Counted from the first letter of the stretch, positions 38,344 to 49,338 are shown. The stretch: DNA of 64,000 nucleotides from an uncultured Clostridia bacterium (GCA_944388035.1 CALXHF010000009.1:1147-65146); one strand, 5' to 3'. Notes: generated by a model from the sequence alone, not told the origin. Numbers and translations are program-made.

Positions 38344-41079
38344 GTGGTATTTTTGGAACAAAATAATTGGTTTAACAAAAATGTGGAAGAGGTAGAAAAA
38401 GAGCTTGAAACAGATTTAAGTAAGGGTTTAAGCAATGAAGAAGTTCAAAAAAGAAGAGAAAAATATGGTCTAAATGAATTGAAAGCCAAAAAGAAAAAAT
38501 CTTTATTTCAAAAATTTCTAGATCAATTTAAAGATTTTTCAATAATAATATTAATAATTGCAGCAATAGTATCTGGGGTAGTTGGAGTAGCAGAAGGAGA
38601 AGGAATAACAGATACGATTATTATATTAATAGTAGTTATTGTAAATGCAATAATAGGAGTATCACAAGAAGCAAAAGCAGAAAAATCGTTAGAAGCACTT
38701 CAAAGATTAACAGATCACGCATCTAAAGTTATAAGAAATGGAGAAATAACAGTAGTACCTGCAAAAGAATTAGTGCCAGGTGATATTGTAGTATTGGATA
38801 CAGGAGATTATATACCAGCAGATTTAAGAATAATAGAAGCAGTAAACTTAAAATCACAAGAATCATCATTAACAGGAGAATCTGTGCCAGTTGAAAAAAC
38901 TACAGAAAAAATAGAAGAAAAAGAAGTAGGAATTGGTGATAGAATAAATATGTTATTTTCATCAAGTCTTGTTACTTATGGAAGAGGTAAAGGTATAGTA
39001 GTAGAAACTGGTATGACAACAGAAGTGGGAAAAATTGCAGGAATGCTTGATAATACAGAAGAACAAATAACACCACTTCAAGAAAAATTAAATAAACTTG
39101 GAAAAACTTTAGGAATAGTAGCAATAGCAATTTGTGTTGTAATATTTATTATAGGTTTAATTCAAGGAAAAGAACCAATTCATATGTTTATGACAGCAGT
39201 ATCACTTGCGGTTGCAGCAATACCAGAAGGTTTAGTTGCAGTATCTACCATAGTTTTAGCAATTGGTGTACAGAAAATGGTTAAGAAAAATGCAATTGTT
39301 AAAAGACTTCCAGCAGTTGAAACATTAGGCAGTAGCACAGTAATATGTTCAGATAAAACAGGAACATTAACTAAAAACCAAATGACAGTAGAAAGAATAT
39401 TTATAAATGGCAATACTAAAGATGTAGAACAATATAAAGATAGTAATGATTTAGACTTAGAAAAATTAGTTTTAGCAAATATGTTATGTAATGATACAAA
39501 AATAGCTAATGATGGGACATTAACAGGAGACCCAACAGAAACAGCATTAGTAGATATGGGATTTAAACTAGATTTTGAACCAAGTATTTATGATGAAATG
39601 CCACGTATAGGAGAAGTTCCATTTGATTCAGATAGAAAGTTAATGACAACTATAAATGAAGTAAATGGAAAATATATAGTTTATACAAAAGGTGGAGTAG
39701 ATGAACTTTTAGCTAGATGTAATAGTTATTTATTAAGAGGAGAAATAAAGCAAGATTTAGATAATTATTCAAAAATAGTTAGACAAAAAAATGAAGAAAT
39801 GGCGAAAGAAGCATTAAGAGTGCTTTCTTGTGCCTATAAAGAATTAGACCATAAACCAACAGATGAAGAAATGACAAATATCGAGAATGATTTAATATTT
39901 GTTGGTATGGTAGGTATGATAGATCCACCAAGAGAAGAAGCTAAAAAAGCTGTTGAAAAATGTAAAACAGCAGGCATAAAAACTGTAATGATTACAGGAG
40001 ATCACAAAATTACAGCAGCAGCAATAGCTAAAAAGCTTGGAATATTAGAAAATGAAGATGAAGCAATAACAGGAACAGATTTGGAGAATATGTCTGATGA
40101 AGAACTAGAAAAAAATGTAAGACATTATTCAGTATATGCAAGAGTATCACCAGAACATAAGGTAAGAATAGTTAGAGCTTGGCAAAAAAATGGAGAGATA
40201 GTTGCAATGACAGGTGATGGGGTAAACGATAGTCCAGCATTAAAACAAGCAAATATTGGTTGTGCAATGGGAATTGTTGGAACAGATGTTGCAAAAGAAG
40301 CAGCAGATGTTATTCTTACAGATGATAATTTTGCGACTATAGTATCAGCAGTAGAAGAAGGAAGACGTATTTATGATAACATATTAAAAGTAATACAATT
40401 CTTGTTATCAAGCAATGTTGGTGAAATAGTAGTATTATTTTTAGCGACATTATTTACACCTCTTTTTGCTAAATGGTTTGGAATAACAGATATTTCTCAT
40501 TTAGAAATATTACTTCCAATACACATATTATGGATAAATTTAGTAACAGACTCACTTCCTGCTTTAGCATTAGCATTTGACCCAGCAAATAAAGATATTA
40601 TGAATAGAAAACCGAATAAGCCAGGAAAAGGTGTATTTACAAAAGGTATGACATTTAGAGTTATATACCAAGGTGTTATGATAGGACTTCTTACACTTGG
40701 AGCATTTATGATAGGTCTAGCAACAACAACAGAAGCAATAGATGGTTTAACATTGGATGAATCCAAAATAGAAGTGGGGCAAACAATGGCTTTTGTAACA
40801 CTTGCACTTTCTGAACTTGTACACGTATTTAATGTTAGAAATAATAAATTATCAGTATTTAAAACAGGAATATTAAATAATAAAAAATTATTATTAGCAG
40901 TTGGAGCATCAGCACTATTAATGATAGTAATTCTTGCAATACCAGGTTTAAGAACTATATTTAGTATACCAGTTCTTCCAACAGCAAATATAATAGAACT
41001 TGTTATACTAATACTTGCACCACTTGTAATAGTTGAATTGTTTAAATTATTTAAAATTAATACAACTAAAGATGAGTAA
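38344..41079 (+). CDS. P2-type cation (Ca2+/Mn2+) transporting ATPase
   Basis: TGES, PEGL, DKTGTLT, DPPR, TGDH, GDGVND and WINLVTD. Confidence 0.95.
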   Translation: MVFLEQNNWFNKNVEEVEKELETDLSKGLSNEEVQKRREKYGLNELKAKKKKSLFQKFLDQFKDFSIIILIIAAIVSGVVGVAEGEGITDTIIILIVVIVNAIIGVSQEAKAEKSLEALQRLTDHASKVIRNGEITVVPAKELVPGDIVVLDTGDYIPADLRIIEAVNLKSQESSLTGESVPVEKTTEKIEEKEVGIGDRINMLFSSSLVTYGRGKGIVVETGMTTEVGKIAGMLDNTEEQITPLQEKLNKLGKTLGIVAIAICVVIFIIGLIQGKEPIHMFMTAVSLAVAAIPEGLVAVSTIVLAIGVQKMVKKNAIVKRLPAVETLGSSTVICSDKTGTLTKNQMTVERIFINGNTKDVEQYKDSNDLDLEKLVLANMLCNDTKIANDGTLTGDPTETALVDMGFKLDFEPSIYDEMPRIGEVPFDSDRKLMTTINEVNGKYIVYTKGGVDELLARCNSYLLRGEIKQDLDNYSKIVRQKNEEMAKEALRVLSCAYKELDHKPTDEEMTNIENDLIFVGMVGMIDPPREEAKKAVEKCKTAGIKTVMITGDHKITAAAIAKKLGILENEDEAITGTDLENMSDEELEKNVRHYSVYARVSPEHKVRIVRAWQKNGEIVAMTGDGVNDSPALKQANIGCAMGIVGTDVAKEAADVILTDDNFATIVSAVEEGRRIYDNILKVIQFLLSSNVGEIVVLFLATLFTPLFAKWFGITDISHLEILLPIHILWINLVTDSLPALALAFDPANKDIMNRKPNKPGKGVFTKGMTFRVIYQGVMIGLLTLGAFMIGLATTTEAIDGLTLDESKIEVGQTMAFVTLALSELVHVFNVRNNKLSVFKTGILNNKKLLLAVGASALLMIVILAIPGLRTIFSIPVLPTANIIELVILILAPLVIVELFKLFKINTTKDE

Positions 41080-41282
41080 ATATTATATAACATAGCAAAA
41101 AAATAAAAATGTAATAAATCAAATATTAAAAATAATATAAAGGGTAGCAATTGCTATCCTTTAATAATGGTAAAGATTTAAGTTAGATATGGCGATTTTA
41201 AGCAATTTATTTATATTTTGCTTGAAAAAAATAGAAAAATAAGGTAAAATAGATAAGTAGAAAATAAAAATAGGAGAAAAAA

Positions 41283-41846
41283 ATGTATTTAATAGTAGGT
41301 TTAGGAAACCCAGAAGAAGACTATAGTAATACAAGACATAACATGGGGTTTGATACAATAAATAAAATATCAAAAGAATATAACATAGAAATAAATAAAA
41401 AGAAATTTAAAGGGATATATGGAAGTGGGATAATAGGAGGAGAAAAAGTAATTTTACTAAAACCACAAACATATATGAATTTAAGTGGAGAAAGCATTAA
41501 AGAAGCAGTAGATTTCTATAAAATAGAAAATAATAATATAATTGTTATTTATGATGATATGGATATAGATTTAGGAGTAATAAAAATAAGAAAAAAAGGA
41601 AATGCAGGTTCTCATAACGGGATGAAATCAGTAGTAAAGTATATAGGAACAGAATTTCCAAGAGTAAGAGTTGGAATCGGAAAGCCAATAGATGAAGACT
41701 TTATAAAATATGTAATAGGACCAATACCAGAAGAAGAAAAACAGATTTTAGACAAATCAACTTCACTTGCAAGAGATGCAGTAATAGAAATAATAGAAAG
41801 TGGAGTAGATAAAGCGATGAATAAATTTAATAAAAAGGAAGGTTAA
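41283..41846 (+). CDS. pth: Peptidyl-tRNA hydrolase
   Basis: LIVGLGNP, TRHNMG, KPQTYMNLSG, YDDMD, GSHNG. Confidence 0.96.
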   Translation: MYLIVGLGNPEEDYSNTRHNMGFDTINKISKEYNIEINKKKFKGIYGSGIIGGEKVILLKPQTYMNLSGESIKEAVDFYKIENNNIIVIYDDMDIDLGVIKIRKKGNAGSHNGMKSVVKYIGTEFPRVRVGIGKPIDEDFIKYVIGPIPEEEKQILDKSTSLARDAVIEIIESGVDKAMNKFNKKEG

Positions 41847-41847
41847 A

Positions 41848-43035
41848 ATGACAGAAATATTTATACAAAAAAATGATAAAGGACAAAGAAAAATAGCACT
41901 TGTAGAAAATGGAATACTTTTAGAATATTATGAAGAAGAAGATAAAGAAACAAGAAAAGAAGGAAATATTTATATAGGAATAGTAAAAGACATTGTAGAA
42001 GGTATGCAATCAGCATTTGTCGATATAGGAACAGAAAAAAATAGTTTTATACACTTAAAAGACGTATTACCCAAAATAGATGAAAAAAAAGAGAAAATAG
42101 ATACAAGTGTTAGTATAAAGAAAATAATAAAACCAAATCAAAAAATCTTGGTACAAGTAAAAAAAGATAGTAATGATAAAAAAGGAGCAAGAGTATCAAC
42201 ACATATAAACTTACCAAGTAAATATATTGTTTTAATGCCAAATACTGATATAATTACAATATCACAAAAAATTGAAGACAAAGAAGAACAAGAAAGATTA
42301 TTAAAATTAGTAAAAGAAAATCTAAGTAGTGGAAATGGAGCAATTATTAGAACTTCAGCAAAAGGAAAAGAAAAAGAAATAATAGAAGATATAAAAAAGA
42401 TGGAAGAAAAGTGGGAAAAAATAACAAAAATAAATGTAGATTTTAACAGTAATAAACCACAGTTATTATATAAAAATGAAGATATAATAGAAAAAATGTT
42501 AATAGATTTAACAGAAAAAAACATAGAGAAAATAGTTGTAAATGAAAAACAAGAAAAAGAAAATCTAGAAAAATTAATAGAAGAAAATAAAGAATATAAG
42601 AATATTAAAATAGAATTAAGCGAAAGTAAAAATATTTTTGATATATATGATTTAGAAAAACAAATAAAAAAAATAAAAAACAGAAAAATATGGCTTAAAT
42701 GCGGGGGTTTTATTACAATAGATAAAACAGAAGCACTAACAGCAATAGATGTAAACACAGGGAAATATACTGGAAATAAAAATTTAGAACAAACAATATT
42801 AAAAGTAAATAAAGAAGCAACTGTAGAAATAGCAAAACAAATAAGACTAAGAGATATAGGCGGAATAATAATAATAGATTACATAGATATGTTAAAAAAA
42901 GAAGACAAAGAAGAAATATTAAAAATATTAAAAGAAGAACTAAAAAAAGATAGAACAAAAACACAAGTAGAAGGATTCACAAAATTAGATTTAATAGAAA
43001 TGACAAGAAAACATATATGTAGTCATAAAGAGTGA
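41848..43035 (+). CDS. Ribonuclease, Rne/Rng family
   Basis: GNIYIG, AFVDIG, KGARVS, TEALTAIDVNTG, RLRDIGGIIIIDYIDM. Confidence 0.92.
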   Translation: MTEIFIQKNDKGQRKIALVENGILLEYYEEEDKETRKEGNIYIGIVKDIVEGMQSAFVDIGTEKNSFIHLKDVLPKIDEKKEKIDTSVSIKKIIKPNQKILVQVKKDSNDKKGARVSTHINLPSKYIVLMPNTDIITISQKIEDKEEQERLLKLVKENLSSGNGAIIRTSAKGKEKEIIEDIKKMEEKWEKITKINVDFNSNKPQLLYKNEDIIEKMLIDLTEKNIEKIVVNEKQEKENLEKLIEENKEYKNIKIELSESKNIFDIYDLEKQIKKIKNRKIWLKCGGFITIDKTEALTAIDVNTGKYTGNKNLEQTILKVNKEATVEIAKQIRLRDIGGIIIIDYIDMLKKEDKEEILKILKEELKKDRTKTQVEGFTKLDLIEMTRKHICSHKE

Positions 43036-43113
43036 GACAAAGTGGGACACCCATTTTTTGTCTCAATTTATAATAAGAAATGAGACAAAAAATGGGTGTC
43101 CCCTTTTGTCTCA
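43033..43113. repeat. Pair of inverted 33-bp REP-like palindromes
   Basis: tgagacaaagtgggacacccattttttgtctca (43033-43065) and tgagacaaaaaatgggtgtccccttttgtctca (43081-43113) are 31/33 identical as reverse complements, and each is itself a hairpin. Confidence 0.85.
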
Positions 43114-43125
43114 AAGGAGTTTAAA

Positions 43126-44493
43126 ATGGATGTTGGTTTTATAAGTTTAGGTTGTAGTAAAAATTTAATAGATACTGAAATAATAATTGGTAAATTTAAA
43201 AGTCATAATTATAATATTGTAAATAATGCAGAAAAAGCAGATATAATCATTATTAATACTTGTGGATTTATTGATTCTGCTAAAGAAGAAGCAATAAATA
43301 CAATATTAGAAATGGCTGAATACAAGAAAAAAAGATGTAAATATTTAATTGTTATGGGTTGTCTAGTACAAAGATATTACGAAGAATTAGTAAAACTTCT
43401 TCCGGAAGTTGATTTATTTATAAAATTGGATGAATATGATATTTTTTGGAATAAAATTGAAGATTTAGTAAAAAGAAATATTGTTGATAAATCAAAAACA
43501 AAGAAAATATCTAAAATATCAGAGTTAAAACCATTACCGATGTTTTATAAAGAAGAATTTTTAAATAGGACAATTACAACTGGAAATAATTATGCATATT
43601 TAAAAATTGGTGAAGGTTGTAGCAATAGATGTACATATTGTGCTATTCCATATATTAGAGGACCTTTTGTTAGTAGGAAAAAAGAAGATATAATAGAAGA
43701 GGCAAAAAAATTAGCTGAAAATGGAATAAAAGAATTAATAATAATTGCACAAGATACTACAAAATATGGTATGGATTTATATGGAAAATCTTGCTTAGCA
43801 GAGTTATTAGAGGAACTTTGTAAAATTAAAGGAATTAAATGGATAAGATTTTTATATTCTTATCCAGAAGGTATTACAGATGAGTTAATAGATGTTGTTG
43901 CAAATAATTCTAAAATTTCAAAATATTTTGATATACCAATTCAACATATATCTGATAATGTTTTAAAAAAGATGAATAGAAGAACAAATAAAAAACAAAT
44001 AGAAACTTTAATTACTAAAATAAGAAATAAAATACCAAATGTAACCTTAAGAACAAGTTTGATAGTTGGTTTCCCAGGAGAAAGCAAAGAAGAATTTAAC
44101 GAATTATTAAATTTTGTAAAAGTTACTAAATTTGATAAATTAGGAGTGTTTGAATATTCAAAAGAAGATGGAACACCTGCTGCTAAATTAAATAATCAAA
44201 TACATTGGAAAACAAAAAAATCAAGGTATAATAAAATAATGGAAGCACAACAAAAAATTTCAAAAGAAAATTTAGAAATAAAAATTGGAAAGATTTATGA
44301 AGTTTTAATAGAAGATATTTCTTTTGATGGAAAATATTATATTGGAAGAACCATGTTAGATGTACCAGATATAGATGGTTTGGTTTATATTAAAAATAAT
44401 GAGAAACTAGACAAAAAAGACTTGATAAATAAATTTGTTAAATGTAGAATAATAGATGTAAATGCCTATGATTTAATAGGTGAAATCGTTTAA
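43126..44493 (+). CDS. rimO: Ribosomal protein S12 methylthiotransferase RimO
   Basis: SLGCSKN, NTCGFI, GCLVQRY, EGCSNRCTYCAIP, IPIQH and a TRAM domain. ATG 43126 has RBS aaggag. Confidence 0.95.
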   Translation: MDVGFISLGCSKNLIDTEIIIGKFKSHNYNIVNNAEKADIIIINTCGFIDSAKEEAINTILEMAEYKKKRCKYLIVMGCLVQRYYEELVKLLPEVDLFIKLDEYDIFWNKIEDLVKRNIVDKSKTKKISKISELKPLPMFYKEEFLNRTITTGNNYAYLKIGEGCSNRCTYCAIPYIRGPFVSRKKEDIIEEAKKLAENGIKELIIIAQDTTKYGMDLYGKSCLAELLEELCKIKGIKWIRFLYSYPEGITDELIDVVANNSKISKYFDIPIQHISDNVLKKMNRRTNKKQIETLITKIRNKIPNVTLRTSLIVGFPGESKEEFNELLNFVKVTKFDKLGVFEYSKEDGTPAAKLNNQIHWKTKKSRYNKIMEAQQKISKENLEIKIGKIYEVLIEDISFDGKYYIGRTMLDVPDIDGLVYIKNNEKLDKKDLINKFVKCRIIDVNAYDLIGEIV

Positions 44494-45763
44494 GAGGTGG
44501 TTTTTGATGTTAATAAAAATAGGTAATGGTGAAAATGAAAGAACTATCGCTGTTACAGTTGTTAAAAGTTCTAAAAATAAAGATTTATATGAATATTATA
44601 TAGGAGAAACTAAAATTGGTGTGTTAGAAGTTGATGTTATGGAAGATAATATATTAATGCTTCAAAACACATTAGAAAATGAACTTTCAAGCCAAATAAA
44701 AGATGCAATAGATAGACTTCCAAGAGAAGAAATTGAAGAGGAGGGAGAATTATCTAAAGCAATTGATGATTATTTAAAAGAGTTTGGAGAAGATAACGAA
44801 AGAGTAAAAGGAGTAGCATTAGTAGATTTAGAAGAAAAGAAAGAAAAAGAAGCGGAAAAAGATAAAAAAGAAGGAGAGGAAGAAATCACAGTAGAACCTT
44901 CTACAGTAAAAGATGTAAATGTGAAACAAACTATAGATTTAGGAGAAAGAGCAAATGATATGCATGATGTTAGAAAATGGTTTGGTCTTCCACAAGATGT
45001 AGCAAAAATAGGAGTAATAGAAAGTTACCAGATGAGCAATCTACATAACAGTAAAGGAGAAGATTACTCAAACCCAACTACTAGATATTCATTAATTGCA
45101 ATTGGAAAAAATGGAGAAGTACGACCTCTTTCTGAATATATACCTCAATTGGAACAAAGAGACAGCGTAGGTAACAACCCAACAGAAGAAAGCTACCAAG
45201 TAGATGATTATGGAAGAGTGAATAAAGATGTTAATTTAACAGAATATCAATTTGGTTCTAAAGTTATACAAATTGATAATAAAGAAATGGGTAGAATTGA
45301 AATAAATATTGGAGAAGAGGCAAGAAATTCTACTAAAGCAATGGGAGTTGAATTAAGAACAGAAAATGTAACATTTGCAATAGATACTTCGACTAGAAGT
45401 GTAATAGGCGAGTATGAGCAAGAAGGAGAAGATACAGTAGAACTAAATCTTGAAGAAGCAGAAAAACATCCAGACCCTAGTTTTGATAAAATGGACGAAA
45501 GAGATATAGACGGAGACATTGAAACAGTTTCACATATACATATTGGTGATGAGATAGTTTTAGAAGATGGAACAATAATGACTTTTTCAGAGTTAGCTAA
45601 AAGATATGGATTTTATAATGATGGTGTTCCAGATAGTGAACACGCAAAAGAAGTATATACTAAAAAGCTAACAGAAATGCCAGAAAAAACACCAGATGAA
45701 ATTATAGATGAATTGGATTATGAATATGAAGATCCAAGATTACAAAACGGAAGAGATATATAA
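44480..45763 (+). CDS. Acidic hypothetical protein
   Basis: 427-aa Glu/Asp-rich ORF; no family recognised. Confidence 0.75.
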   Translation: MKSFKRWFLMLIKIGNGENERTIAVTVVKSSKNKDLYEYYIGETKIGVLEVDVMEDNILMLQNTLENELSSQIKDAIDRLPREEIEEEGELSKAIDDYLKEFGEDNERVKGVALVDLEEKKEKEAEKDKKEGEEEITVEPSTVKDVNVKQTIDLGERANDMHDVRKWFGLPQDVAKIGVIESYQMSNLHNSKGEDYSNPTTRYSLIAIGKNGEVRPLSEYIPQLEQRDSVGNNPTEESYQVDDYGRVNKDVNLTEYQFGSKVIQIDNKEMGRIEINIGEEARNSTKAMGVELRTENVTFAIDTSTRSVIGEYEQEGEDTVELNLEEAEKHPDPSFDKMDERDIDGDIETVSHIHIGDEIVLEDGTIMTFSELAKRYGFYNDGVPDSEHAKEVYTKKLTEMPEKTPDEIIDELDYEYEDPRLQNGRDI

Positions 45764-45764
45764 T

Positions 45765-45803
45765 AATAAAAAAGTTTCCTATTTTAAGGAAACTTTTTTT
45801 ATT
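45765..45803. terminator. Bidirectional intrinsic terminator
   Basis: aataaaaaagtttcct-atttta-aggaaacttttttt between convergent genes. Confidence 0.8.
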
Positions 45804-46665
45804 GTGGTTCTACGTGTACCACTGTTTTATAAACATTGTCTAATTTTGTAACAGATTTTTCTAATTCATCTGCTAAACTATGGCTATCAAAAGTAGACAT
45901 ATTACCATCTAAACCAATTGTTATAAAAACAAGATATTTATCGCCAACAGGTGTTGAAATAATATTTTTTACATCTTGTATTTCATTATAATTATGTGCT
46001 ATTTTCAGAATTAAATCTTTAGTTTTATCGTCAATACTTATATCCATTAAAACATTGTAGCTTTCCATAAAGATATTTATTCCTGTATAACATATCCATA
46101 TAGAAATACCAATTCCGACAACTCCATCAAACCAGTAAATATTAAATAAAGTAAGTATTACTGAAATTAAAGTGAAAGTAGTTACAATACAATCATTTCT
46201 ATGGTCTTTCATATTTGCTTCTAACAAAATACTATGATATTTTTTGTTTGCTAAATATGTATATAAAAATAAGGATAATTTAACGATTATTGTAACTATA
46301 CATACAATTATTAAAAACCAAGAAAATATAAGTTTTTCTCCTAATATTAGTGTTACAATTGAATCAAAAAATAGTTTAGCAGAAACAACAATCATAGCAA
46401 TTCCTATGAACATAGAAAAAATGTACTCTGCTTTTCCGTGTCCTAAATTATGGTCTTCGTCACTTGGAACACTTGCAATGTGATTTCCAATAAAAGTCAT
46501 AAGAGATGCAAAAATATCACCTGCACTATTTATACTATCTGCAATCATTGCCTGGCTTTTGCTTAAAAAACCAACAGTTGCTTTTATTATAAGTAAAAAG
46601 ATATTTCCAATAATACCTAAAATTCCAGCTCTTTTAATTAAAATAAATTTTTTATTATCACTCAT
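45799..46665 (-). CDS. Cation diffusion facilitator transporter
   Basis: ADSINSAGD, GHGKAEY, DHRND, VVHVEP. Confidence 0.92.
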   Translation of the reverse strand: MSDNKKFILIKRAGILGIIGNIFLLIIKATVGFLSKSQAMIADSINSAGDIFASLMTFIGNHIASVPSDEDHNLGHGKAEYIFSMFIGIAMIVVSAKLFFDSIVTLILGEKLIFSWFLIIVCIVTIIVKLSLFLYTYLANKKYHSILLEANMKDHRNDCIVTTFTLISVILTLFNIYWFDGVVGIGISIWICYTGINIFMESYNVLMDISIDDKTKDLILKIAHNYNEIQDVKNIISTPVGDKYLVFITIGLDGNMSTFDSHSLADELEKSVTKLDNVYKTVVHVEPQ

Positions 46666-46777
46666 TTAAATAATTCCTTTCTGTAAGTATATTAAATTCT
46701 TAATTGTTATATGAAATCAATATTCTATATAATACTACTATGTAAGAACAAAGTCAATATACCCCTCTCTTTACAAA

Positions 46778-46793
46778 ATACCCCGTAGGGTAT
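46778..46793. promoter_or_regulatory. CsoR-type operator
   Basis: Palindrome ATACCC-cgta-GGGTAT overlapping the promoter of csoR-copA. Confidence 0.75.
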
Positions 46794-46809
46794 ATAATTA
46801 CGTTGGAAG

Positions 46810-47109
46810 GTGATTAAATTGCTAGAAAATAAAAAGAAATTCACAAAAAGAAGTGAAAGTGAAAAGAAAATTATAAATAATAGATTAAACAGAATAGAGG
46901 GGCAAGTACGCGGTGTGAAGAAAATGATAGAAGAAGATAGGTATTGTGATGATGTATTAATACAGTTATCTGCAATAGATAAATCTGTAAAAAGCTTAGC
47001 TAATCACATATTAGAAAATCATATGCAAACTTGTGTATTAAAAGACTTAGAAAATGGGAATTACGAAATAATAGATGAAGTTGTTAATTTATTTAGGAGG
47101 TTCCAATAG
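46810..47109 (+). CDS. csoR: Metal-sensing repressor, CsoR family
   Basis: RLNRIEGQVRGV, YCDDVL, HILENHMQTC. Confidence 0.92.
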   Translation: MIKLLENKKKFTKRSESEKKIINNRLNRIEGQVRGVKKMIEEDRYCDDVLIQLSAIDKSVKSLANHILENHMQTCVLKDLENGNYEIIDEVVNLFRRFQ

Positions 47110-49328
47110 TGAAAAAGATAATTTTAAAAATAGAAGGGATGACTTGCAGTGCTTGTTCAAACGGTTTAGAAAAATATTTAAATAAGCAAAAGGGAATAAT
47201 ATCAGCAAGTGTGAATTTAGTTATGGCAAGTGCAGAAATTGAATATGACGAAAAAATAGTAAATATAAAAATGCTTGATTTGTTTGTGAAAAAAGCAGGG
47301 TTTAAATCTTTGGGTGAATTTAATATAAAGGACGAAGAAAATAAAAGCAAAAAAGATAAAATATTATTTATATTATTTGCTATACTAGCCATAATAACCT
47401 TATATATATCAATGGGGCATATGTTAGGTTTGCCTATATTTGATTTCTTAAATATGGAAAAAAGTCCAGTGAATTATACAATAGTATTATTTATTTTAGC
47501 AATAGCTTTTCTTATTTATGGTTTTGATATATTAAAAAGCGGTGTTAAAAATTTAATACATAAAATCCCAAATATGGATACATTAGTAACAATAGGAGTT
47601 TTAAGTAGTTTTTTTTATAGTATATACAGTATGTTTATGATAATAAAAGGAAACAATAGTTATATAAATCAATTATATTTTGAATCATCAGCAATTGTTT
47701 TGTTTTTTATAAAACTTGGAAGATATTTAGAGGGAATAAATAAAGACAAAACAAAAGATGCAATTAAAAAATTAGTACAAATTACTCCGTCAAAAGCAGT
47801 TGTGAAAAAAGATGGAAAAGAAAAAGAAGTAACAATCGATGAAATAAAAAAAGGAGACATTGTGGTTAGTCATCCTGGAGATAGAATTTCTGTTGATGGT
47901 AAAATAATTTTAGGAAAAGCACATTTAGATGAATCTTTTTTAACAGGAGAAAGTAAACCTTTAAATAAAAAAGAAGGAGATACAGTAATTGCTGGTTCAA
48001 TAAATTATGACGGCTATTTAGAATATGAAGCAGAAAAGATAGGTAAAGATTCTAATATATCACAAATTGTAAAATTAGTATTAGAAGCTAGTAATACAAA
48101 ACCTAAAATAGCAAAAATAGCAGATAAAGTAAGTGGATATTTTGTTCCTATTGTAATATTAATTGCAATAATAAGTTTTCTTAGATATTTATTATTAGGA
48201 TATAATATAGGAGAAGCTATATCTACTTTTGTAACTATTTTAGTCGTAGCTTGTCCTTGTAGCTTAGGGTTAGCAACCCCTCTTGCGGTGGTTGTATCAG
48301 AAGGAAGATGTGCAAAAGAAGGGATTTTAGTAAGAAAAAGCGAAATATTAGAAATAGCAGAAAAAGTAAATACAGTAGTTTTTGATAAAACAGGAACATT
48401 AACATATGGTAAACTAAAAATATCTGAATTTATAAATTATAGTAAGAAATTAAAACTTGAAGAAATACTAAAAATAGTAGGAAGTATAGAATCCAAATCT
48501 ACACATCCAATAGCAGGAGCTTTTGTTAATTATTTAAAAGAAAATAAATTAGAAAAATATAATGTAGAAGAATTTAAAAATATAAGTGGCTTGGGAATAG
48601 AAGGAAAAGTAGAAGGTAAAAAATATATATTAGGAAATTATAAAATACTAGAATATTATGGTATAGACAAAAAAGAAGAAAACAATCTTAATGAAATAAG
48701 AAAAAAAGAGATAGAACTTGCAAAAAAAGGAAATAGTATTATATATGTAGTAAAAGAAGAAAAAATAATAGCATTAGTTGGAGTAAATGATTTATTAAGA
48801 GAAAATGCAAAAGAAGTAGTAAAAAAATTAAATGAGAACAATATAGAACAAATAATGCTAACAGGAGATAATTTAGATACAGCAAAGATAATTGGAAAAG
48901 AAATAGGAATAACAAAAATAATTGCAAATGTAGTTCCAGAGGAAAAAACAAAAATAATAAAAGATTTGAAAAAAGAAGATAAAAAAGTTTTAATGTGTGG
49001 AGATGGAATAAATGATAGTCCAGCTTTAGCTACAGCCGATATTGGTGTTAGTGTTAATTCAGGAACAGATATTGCACTTGATTCTTCAGATGTAATTTTA
49101 ATGAAAGATGATTTAAACAAAATAATAGATTTAATAACAATTAGTAAAAAAACAATAAAAAATATAAAACAAAATCTTTTTTGGGCATTTTTTTATAATG
49201 TTTTAATGATACCTATTGCAATAGGAGTGTTTAAGCCAATTGGTATATCAATAAACCCTATGATAGCAGGCTTAGCTATGACATTAAGTAGCTTGACAGT
49301 AATATTAAATGCATTAAGATTAAAATAA
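47109..49328 (+). CDS. copA: Cu(I)-type P1B ATPase
   Basis: GMTCSAC, YFES, TGES, CPC, DKTGT, HP, GDGIND, YN and MxxSS. Confidence 0.93.
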   Translation: MKKIILKIEGMTCSACSNGLEKYLNKQKGIISASVNLVMASAEIEYDEKIVNIKMLDLFVKKAGFKSLGEFNIKDEENKSKKDKILFILFAILAIITLYISMGHMLGLPIFDFLNMEKSPVNYTIVLFILAIAFLIYGFDILKSGVKNLIHKIPNMDTLVTIGVLSSFFYSIYSMFMIIKGNNSYINQLYFESSAIVLFFIKLGRYLEGINKDKTKDAIKKLVQITPSKAVVKKDGKEKEVTIDEIKKGDIVVSHPGDRISVDGKIILGKAHLDESFLTGESKPLNKKEGDTVIAGSINYDGYLEYEAEKIGKDSNISQIVKLVLEASNTKPKIAKIADKVSGYFVPIVILIAIISFLRYLLLGYNIGEAISTFVTILVVACPCSLGLATPLAVVVSEGRCAKEGILVRKSEILEIAEKVNTVVFDKTGTLTYGKLKISEFINYSKKLKLEEILKIVGSIESKSTHPIAGAFVNYLKENKLEKYNVEEFKNISGLGIEGKVEGKKYILGNYKILEYYGIDKKEENNLNEIRKKEIELAKKGNSIIYVVKEEKIIALVGVNDLLRENAKEVVKKLNENNIEQIMLTGDNLDTAKIIGKEIGITKIIANVVPEEKTKIIKDLKKEDKKVLMCGDGINDSPALATADIGVSVNSGTDIALDSSDVILMKDDLNKIIDLITISKKTIKNIKQNLFWAFFYNVLMIPIAIGVFKPIGISINPMIAGLAMTLSSLTVILNALRLK

Positions 49329-49338
49329 TTCAAAAATT

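Noticed and set aside
40497-41150. 217-aa minus-strand ORF
   Set aside because: Antisense shadow of the P-type ATPase, a codon-bias artefact.
42138-42758. 206-aa minus-strand Phe/Ser/Ile-rich ORF
   Set aside because: Mirror of the A-rich rng coding strand. The same applies to 51821..52402, 48656..49120, 32260..32835 and the other short antisense ORFs.
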